In this document: one piece after another, positions 55,577-64,000 of the stretch
How the letters are laid out: every line of letters begins with the position of its first letter
How positions within the stretch are numbered: position 1 is the first letter of the stretch
Assembly: GCA_050230475.1 (NCBI GenBank)
Contig: JBFLGF010000016.1
Span: forward strand, 1 to 64,000
Origin: Ancylonema sp.
Taxonomy: Eukaryota
Length of the DNA: 64,000 nt
Reading direction: 5' to 3'
Position numbers and translations under genes: made by a program
Notes under the pieces: model-generated
Database searches by the model: none
Seen by the model: the letters and a program-made list of their open reading frames with translations, nothing else
Told to the model about the DNA's origin: nothing

Positions 55577-55956
55577 GCGGGCGGTTGCCCTGCTCTTCGT
55601 AGTTGCAAAAGCAATTCAAAGCTTCTTTTCCTTCCTCAAGTTTCCTGGGTTTTATACGCGCTATCGCTGGCCAAAACGAGAACAGAAGACTTCTAGATCA
55701 CTGCGCCATGCCGAAGCTCAAGACAACTTCGCTGCTCAGCCAGCCGTACAGCTTCGGTTGGGCCCACCGGGATACTACGCCACCATTCCCAAGTCGGGAA
55801 TCCCGACAGGGCGATTCCAGCTGCCGCGAAAAGTACCGGAATGAACCGGGCGGAGACTTATCCACCCGGGCCGCCGCCCGGATCCAGCCCGTCCGGGGCG
55901 AAAAGCGGGGCGAAATTCGTGAGTCGGGGCCGTAGGCCAAAATACCAAAAAAAGAA

Positions 55957-56264
55957 GGGAGAGACTGCGGGCACCCCCCTAAGCGACTGCGGGCACCCCC
56001 CTAAGCGACTGCGGGCACCCCCCTCCGGACAGCTCGAAGTCTTTCCATTTTTTGAACTCCACATTGATCGGGAAAAAAATACTTAAAAAAATGCTAATAT
56101 TTACTTCGTAGTCTCTTCTACAGTACACATAAAAAATATTTTAAATATCGCAAAACATTTGGAAGCTACGATTTTTTGAACGTACCTATTTTTGAAGGAA
56201 AGACTGCAGTCCAGTCGGAGGGGGGTGCCCGCAGTCGCTTTGGGGGGTGCCCGCAGTCTCTCCC
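55957..56264. mobile_element. Mutator-like MITE with 9-bp TSD AAAAAAGAA
   Basis: Long TIR GGGAGAGACTGCGGGCACCCCC... / ...GGGGGTGCCCGCAGTCTCTCCC with internal 20-bp repeats. AAAAAAGAA at 55948-55956 and 56265-56273. Confidence 0.85.
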
Positions 56265-56273
56265 AAAAAAGAA

Positions 56274-56840
56274 GGGAGAGACTGCGGGCACCCCCCTAAG
56301 CGACTGCGGGCACCATAGATGGGGTCAGCACCGTGCGCAAGATTTGCGCACGCGTGCCGCGCGGGGACAATTTCTGTAATCGACTGAAATTTGACTTAGT
56401 AGTTGAGTACTGACCATTTTGCACTGTAAGTAGTTCGATATAACGTCCTAGGCCCTAAATTGAATACTGCCACACTGTAACCGGTTCACCAAACACATTT
56501 CATGGATTTGGAAACATCCCGGCACCCGTGGCATCCCTACCCCCCCCCCCCCCCGGTAATAATAATTTAATTTTAACGCTTGTGGGTCAGCACCGTGCGC
56601 GAGATTTTCGCACGCGTGCGGTACGCGTGCGCAAGCGCACGTGTGCGGAACACGTGCGGGACACGCACTTCAAAGACCCATCTATGGCGGGCACCCCCCA
56701 AAGCAACATCGGGCACCCCCCTCGGACAAGCCCACAGTCTTTCCCTTAAAAAAATTAGCTTTCAAACGCTTTGCGATATTTATAATATTTTTTCTGTGCA
56801 TTGCAGACGGGACTATGAAGTAAATATTAACATTTTTTTG
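56274..56840 (+). mobile_element. Left arm of a second Mutator-like element of the same family (interrupted by a hAT MITE)
   Basis: Begins with the same GGGAGAGACTGCGGGCAC terminus. 56687-56840 resembles the reverse complement of ~56090-56255. No partner TIR was found in the window. Confidence 0.7.
56314..56686. mobile_element. hAT-like MITE with perfect 8-bp TSD GCGGGCAC
   Basis: TIR CATAGATGGGGTC / GACCCATCTATG, with GCGGGCAC at 56306-56313 and 56687-56694. Confidence 0.85.
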
Positions 56841-56927
56841 CACTCTCCTCTTCCACCTCCTCTACTGCTTCCACTACCCCCTCCTCTTCGATTCCTTTCA
56901 CTTCCTCATTCTCCACTACTCCTTCCA

Positions 56928-58098
56928 CTACATCCTCCTCCCCCTCATCCCCAACTTCCCCCCCGTCCCCCTCCACCCCCCCACCTCAACTCTCCCCAAA
57001 AGGAGGGAGAAGGGCCTCGAACACTCCCGCCCCCCCATGTGCCCCTCTTCCCACCACGGATGGTTCAAGGCCGCCTCCGAGCTTAGCCTGCGAGATGAAT
57101 CCGCGTCTAGGAGGCCACCTACCAAGTGGGTGCACGAGGGGGACGACAAATCCCCACACTTTTAATAGAGCCTCAATCGAAGGCTCCCGGTTTCCGCCTC
57201 CAAAAATTTTGTGGGCGGGCTCCCCCACAACCCCTCAAGTAGAGTTACGCCGAAGGAGTAGGCGTCCGCCTTGTGGGAGTAGGGGGCCCCGTTCCTCACT
57301 TTGTGGGCCGCATAGATTCCCGTGTGCCCCCCCCGCATCCACCCGTCATCCCGGGGCCTCATGCTCACGAAGTCCCCAAGGAACCCCCGCGGCACCTCCC
57401 CCCCCTCCTCCAACCTCCCGCACGACAACACGTTGCCGGGCTTCACGTCGAAATGCACCAGTTCTCTCCGGTGCAACCCCAAGGCCGCGCAAAGGGTCCC
57501 CTAGAGCGATTACGTAATCGTCTTCGCTCATCCTCCCCCCTTCGACGTCTTGCATCGCGTCTTGTAGACTGCTCCCCCTCGCCCACTCCAACACGATGTC
57601 GATGTGTTGGAGGGTGACGTACACGACTTGGAGTCGAAGGGCCTCCCGGACGTCCTCGACGGCGACAAGATTCTCGATTTCGGCGTGTGCGGCGAGGAAG
57701 ATAGTCGAGTCGTGGGAATATATTTTCATCTGCTTCACGGCGCACTCCGTCGGGTAGAAGAGCCCCCTCGCGAAGGACACGTGGTCGTTGGACCCCTGGC
57801 CCACCATGTACTCCAGATCGAAGTCGTCTTCGACCCACCTGTCAGTGATGGGGTATGTTTTCACGACCCCCCCACCCCTCGCCACCTTGAAGAGAGCGGC
57901 CAGCCTCTCCACCTCACCCTGTTGGACGTGGAGTGGAGGAGACGGGACCTCGACAAGGGCGGCGGAGGGGGCTTTGGAGAACCCCGGGGGGGGAGGAGGG
58001 CCTTGGGTTGTTGGGAGGGGCAAATTGAACCCCGGAGGCGGGCAAGGAGCGGCGCGGGGGGTCTTTGTGAACCCCGGGGGAGGAGGAAGGGGGAGCAT
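56928..58098 (-). pseudogene. Intronless Ser/Thr protein kinase pseudogene with Pro-rich N-terminus
   Basis: VGQGSN (Gly loop), CAVK, AEIENL, IVLEW, then a frameshift at ~57480, LVHFDVKPGNVL, GDFV (for DFG), ADAYSFGVTL, a stop at 57162, then RLSSEAALNHPW. Confidence 0.85.
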
Positions 58099-58879
58099 GC
58101 TCGATACGGGCGCGCGGAATCCCGGATGTGGTCCGTGAGAGGTCGGAGTGGACACACGGCCTGTAAGTAGAAGGCCACGAATGAGTACCGAGTATTTCAT
58201 GACGTCTGTATCCCCCTTCCCCTTCTCACCTTCGTCTGCGTCCGAGATCGAATGGTAGAAGTTTTCTATGAGGCACCATAATAAGATACACAAATATGAA
58301 CGGCACAATGATCAGGACCATAAGCAAGGCCATACACTTGTGTGAGATGGATAAAAGCTAAAAATTGATCCTCACTTTTTTTTTCGTCATCTCGTCGGGC
58401 ATGGACACTTTGGTACCATTCCGGTCCCTATAGCAATGTTACGAGATGGAGGAGTTTTCGAATGTCTGAATGGTAGGTGTTGGGGGGTCCTGTGGGTGGA
58501 ACACCGAACGAGGTGACAAGCAAAATGTGCATGAGGAGAACTCGCGTTGCTCAACACAGCCTGCATGAACAGCCGCGCAAGCTTTCGAATGAGTCTCGCT
58601 ACCTTACACATGCTGGTAGCACTCCTGGAATGTCAATATCCGGCGGTGGACGGTCACGGATAGAAGCCGGGAAAAAAAAGACTCACCTCGTACACCCGTG
58701 TCTCTGGGAATAAAATTTTCTCCCGACCGCATAGTGGTGTTGGAATATTTTGGATAGCCATATGTTATGCTTGCTAGTCCAGTTGTAACCGGTTACTCTA
58801 ACCGGGAGCAACTCTAACCGGGAGCAATATTCCTATATGTGCCTATATGCGGGGCCGGGCAAGTTTGTGTCCGGGCACC

Positions 58880-61800
58880 TGACATGTTGCCGACGCTTAG
58901 AGTCGTTATTTGTTTGACGCGTCGTGTCAGAAATGTCCGGCATGTGCCGTTGACATGTAGACGAGTTGTCAGTCAATGATAGGCCGACGGTCAATTGTTG
59001 TGCCGACCGTCGGCACACAACAATCTGTAAAGCGCATCGGGTATTACCATCCCCGATGCAATCACAATAATAATTCGTTCCACACACGCAATTCCTATCT
59101 CGTTGATCATCAGTGATAGAGATCCTCTTGCGTACGGTTCGTTTTGTCGCCCACCTAATTATCCCGGCACGTCTAATCACTCAAAAGCTTATAGGTTATG
59201 GGCCCACGTGCGGTCTAGTTCAGACGCAGACGCCGTGTTGGATAAAAACTAAAGGCTCCACACGCGATTTCGGCTGCGGTAATCTCTGTGAACGGTATCT
59301 TCTGCCAGAGGCAAATATATTCGTAGTTGTTAAGTGCTGCAGTAATTTTCACATTGCGCTGCAAGAATTCGAGCTGAGTGCTGCAGTGCAGGAATTGCAC
59401 TGAGAACTCGAGCTGAGTGAGAAATTTCGAGAAATCCTACACAATTGCTGCCACAATGTCGGATAGGTCGCAAATCCCACAAAGTTCACTGGAGCAGATT
59501 ATACAGGATGGGCCTTCAAGGTCAATATGGGTTGGCGGACAAAAAGTTGCATCGTTTGGTGATGGATTGGGACAGCATGCCGCGGAGGTGTCCCCAGACG
59601 TGATCCTTCCATTGACACCAGACAACGAGTTGCAATTTGCCGCCAGGGGGATCGACGTTGACGTCGAGAGATTGGTCAGGGAGCATCAGATTTCCCAGCA
59701 GCTTCTGCAGCTCGAGAAATGGGACGAGGACAATCTGGCTGCCATGTCGTCCTACATAGTCAAACACTTGGGACCTTCGGAGCTGACGCACGTCATGACT
59801 GCACGACAGCTGCCGGAATGTGGGACGCCCTGAGGACATTCTACCACGTGCAGGGTGCGATTTGAGATGGCGAACACCGAGGCGTTGCTAAGCGCGATCA
59901 TACAGACTGAGGCGGAGGACCTCAACGTATATGTTCAAGCGTCTGCAGCAGCTACACCAAGGATTTGAAGAATCTGGGTGCGCCTGTAAATCCCATGAAG
60001 CAGGTGATCAACCTGCTCAACTCCCTAAACACCTCATTACAGCCCAATGGGTCTCGAACGCTGATGCCGTGGTCGGAATCGTCTCCCACATTCTGTTTAC
60101 GATTCCCCCACATCGTGAGTTGCGCTGCTGCGCGACGGACGTCAGAAAGGAGCTGAATGAGCGTCAGAGGGGGGCGCTGCCAGGAGGTCACCAAGCTCAT
60201 TATGGTGGACCTGGAGGGGGTGGCGGAGCTGGAGGCACCAGCAGACCTGGTGGTGGGACTGGAGCTGGTCGCCGAGACGCTGCAGGCGTCGAATGCTTCG
60301 GCTGCCACAAATTCGGCCACATCAGGGCGAACTGCCCTTCACCAGCTATTGGCGGAGGCCATGCCGGAGCCTGGAAATGCCACAGGTGCCACCAAGGAGG
60401 CCACCGAGCTGCTCAGTGCCCTGCGACATCGCCAGCAGCTAGAAATGTTGCGCACGCGACTCAGGGAAGTTCAGGGGGGAGACAGAAGTGCAGATATTGC
60501 AACAATGTAGGGCATACAATTGAACAATGTAGAAAACGCACATCTGACATGGCTTTAATGAACCCAGAAGCTGCTCGAAGGGCTGACGCACAGGCACGAC
60601 TTGCTCGCTTTGCTGACAAACCCTTTGACGCTTATGTGGATTATTTGGCTTTTGGTGCTTTCTCGTTCGATTTTGCTCGAGCATTGTCTGCTGGTTCTCA
60701 CACAGACTCCCTAATCCTGGACTCAGGTGCTACAGACCACATTTTCACTGAACGTGAACACTTCGTGGAGTACACTCCAACCCTGAGCACGCAGAGGGCC
60801 TTCATCACCAGTGCTGACGGCTCGTCACACAAGGTAGCAGGCACTAGGTTCGTGCACATCCGAGTGAGGAATGGCGACACCTTTTTTGTGCAGCCACTCA
60901 ACTCGATCCACGTCCCTACTTTTGCCTGCACCCTCGTGTCGACATCGTGCCTCGTCAAAAGAGGTGGGCTGAGCTTCTTACAGCTGCCCACTGGTCCTGA
61001 ATTAAACAAGGGGAATGCGAAGTGGGCTGATGTACTGCAGCAGCCTAGCAGTCTGACTTTGCTTGCTGCTACCATCGTCATGCCTGGATCTCATGTTACG
61101 AGTGCAAATTTATCCACAGGCATGATCTGGCATCACAAACTGGGTCACCCCGGTTCTGATGTGATGTCAGATTTTGTCAGACGTGGTGACATCCCACAGT
61201 TAAGTCCAGATGAATTAACTGAAGTCAGGGGATGTCAGATTTGCTGTCAGGGGAAGATGAGTCAGCTGAGTCACGCTAAGGTCAGCGAGGATCTGGGAAC
61301 ATGCCCCAAGATGGGTCGCATTCACCTGGATCTCATTGGACCTCTGTGTGTTAGGTCTGCTAATGGAGGTTTCACTTATGCTCAGACAGGGATTGAGGTG
61401 TCCACACGTCTGTCATTTGTCAGTTTACTAAAAACTAAGGATGAAGCACTGAACCGAGCAAAGGTCACTATACAGTTGCTCGAGGTCTTGTCAGGGTTGC
61501 CACTACAGTCTATAAGGACAGACAAGGGTGGGGAGTATGTGTCTCAGGACTGGATAAACTACTGTGGGGGGAAGGGTATTGACAAGCAAACCACAGAAGC
61601 ATATAGTCCTGAACAAAATGGAATCTGTGAGAGACTGAATAGAACATTGACAAAAAAAATGCGATGCATATTGATCTGGTCAAGTCTACCGAAGTCGTAT
61701 TGGGATGTTGCATTGTTACATGCAAACTAGTTAAGGAACAGAACTCCCACTAAGTCGCTTGCTGGCAGAATCCCAATTGAAGTCTGGGAGGGAAAGAACA

Positions 61801-64000
61801 TGAAAATGAACAAAAGTCATAATTTTGGGTGTCTGGTCCAATACTTGAAGGTTGGGGCGGAAAAGAACAGGCAAGGGGACAAGTTTGCCCCTCGCACTTG
61901 CTTTGGTGTGTTTCGGGGATGGCTGCGGGGAGTGCAGGCTACAACGTCTTTTCGACCCCCATAGGGTGGGGGTGATATCACGTGGACGTGCGGTTCTTCG
62001 AGGAGGTGCCGGGGTACCCGAAGCTCATGGGGGGGAGAGCTCCCCAGGTTCAGGCGGCAACAGAAAAACACTTTTTCTATCTGTTCCCCGACACCGAAGA
62101 TGAGCACCCAGCAGCAGTTGTGCCAGCAGCAGCAGTCCAACACAACATGCCAGCAGCAGCAGTCGTCCACCCCAACATGCCAGCAGCAGCAGTCCACCCA
62201 ATCATGCCAGCAGTTTTGCAGCTGATGCCAGCAATTCTGCAGCCAATCCCAGCACCAGCAGAACCAGCAGTCCCTGAGCCAGCAGCTGCCAACGACTATC
62301 CGCACGACAACTTCCAGCCACAAGCTGCTGAGGTCCCCAACATCACGATTGAGCTGTCCGACAGCCAGTCAGGGATCAAAACAACGCAGGAGGTGGAGAT
62401 GCAAGGGAGGAGGATGCAAGGAAGGGGTGCGAACCCGGGAGTGGGGGAGCCAGGCAGCATAGCTGATCGGGTCATGGCCAAAAGACGAGCCAACTTTGCT
62501 GAATATGGGGATCTCATGTGATGTGATGGGGAGGAGTTCGATGACGCAGCCCATGCCAACTACTCAGCGACTGAGTGGGAGCCCAGCTGCTTCTACACTG
62601 GCTTCAACGGTCCTGTCGATCCTGGCTACGCATGCGTAGCATCAAACGGCAACTCCTCCGAGCCACTCACCCTCAACCATGCGATGATGAGGCCAGACTG
62701 GGACCAGTGGGACAGAGCCATCGTGGAAGAGCTCGCTGCCCTGGAGACGTTCAACACCTTTGAGGTGGTGTGTGTACTTCCTCCAGGTAAAAAGGCTGGT
62801 GCTGTGGGGTGTCGCTATGATTTTAAAGTCAAAACAACACCTCAAGGGGTTATTGAGAGATATAAAGTCAGACTGGTCGCACAGGGATTCTTACAGCAAG
62901 AGGGTATTGACTATAACGAAGTATTTGCACTAGTAATCGACAGTACATCCACCCTACTCCTCTCTATAGCCAACCAATATTATAGCCAACCAATATGACT
63001 GGGAACTGGAACAGATTTCCTGCATGGACGTCTGGAAGAAGAAGTTTATATGAAAATACCACCACGTATGTATATCAATGGGGGTGCTGAGGGAAAGGTC
63101 TTACTACTGAATGGTGCTTTGTACGGTCTAAAACAGAGTAGCCACGTGTGGCAAGAAATGTTCAGAAAATTTATGATATCTGAAGGGTTTACACAATGCG
63201 TAATGGACACATGTATATATATGAGGGGGGAAGGAGACAGCAAAATCATACTGGGCATACATGTAGATGATCAGGTGATCACAGGTCCTAACGCAATGGT
63301 GGTCAAAACTTAAAGGGGACATGGGTAAAAAGTTCAAAGTCAAGGATCTGGGTCCCCTAACCCATATCGTGGGGGTGGAAGTGAAGAGGGATAGACAGAG
63401 AAAATTGCTCACAATGGGACAGTCAAGTTTCTTAAGGGGAGTACTCGAACGTTATGGGATGCATGAATGTAATCCAACCAAACTCCCTCTCGCCCCTGGA
63501 ATTCAGTTTACGCAAAATGATGAACCAACTCTTCCCCCTACCCCTGAAGAAATAACAGACTTTCGAGGAAAAGTGGGATCTCTCATATACGCCATGAAAC
63601 AAACCAGACTGGACATCGGGTATGCACTTGGGGTACTGGCTAAACACATGGGAAATCCTGGGGTCGCACACATAAGGGCATTACATCAATATTGAGATAC
63701 CTTAAAGGGACTGTGAACCACGGACTGACGTTTGTGGGAAAAGACAGCTTTGAAGTAAAGGGTTACTACGATGCATCATGGAACAGCTGCAGTGCATGAC
63801 AGGAAAGTCAGGTCACAGGATGGGTAACCGTTGGGGGGACAGCACTGAGTTGGAAGTCGCAGAAGCGGTCCACTGTTGCACAGAGCACTCTTGAGGCTGA
63901 ATATATCGCTGCCTGTAGTGTATCTAAAGAGTGTTGTTATCTAGAGTCTCTCTTGAAAGAACTCAAGGAACTCAAGTTCCCAAACCAAATCACACTCCAC
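58880..64000 (+). mobile_element. Ty1/copia LTR retrotransposon 2 (degenerate, runs off the window; LTR start approximate)
   Basis: PBS GGTTATGGGCCC at 59194. Gag has three CX2CX4HX4C knuckles. Protease LDSGATDH; integrase WHHKLGH, CQIC, HLDLIGP, RTDKGGEY, ERLNRTL; RT KVRLVAQGF, ALYGLKQS, HVDD; RNase H start. Confidence 0.92.

Overview
Eukaryotic, intron-rich, TE-rich nuclear DNA. It is most likely from a streptophyte (charophyte-type) alga, inferred from a LAV-type B3 factor, a nodulin-like MFS transporter and a plant-type organellar TrpRS occurring alongside a Kir/IRK-fold channel. Host genes: two tandem paralogous secreted proteins of unknown function (-), a nodulin-like MFS transporter (-), a B3 transcription factor (+), a Kir-type channel with a non-canonical TTFGG filter and an in-frame TAG (-), mitochondrial uL15 (+) and organellar TrpRS (-). 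The most notable element is a decayed Ty3/gypsy retrotransposon (~13.6-22.1 kb). On the - strand it has an aspartic protease followed in the same frame by a DNMT3-like C5 cytosine methyltransferase. On the + strand it has RT-RNaseH-integrase ending in a PHD finger, so it carries both a chromatin writer and a reader, apparently with an internal inversion. Also present: a TSD-bounded Ty1/copia element carrying a nested, truncated gypsy element with a 2.1-kb LTR; a second copia with a half-tRNA-type PBS; hAT, pogo/Tc1 and Mutator-like MITEs, several nested; a CRE-type LINE endonuclease fragment; and an intronless kinase pseudogene behind a Mutator-like TIR. All calls are by eye and no searches were run.
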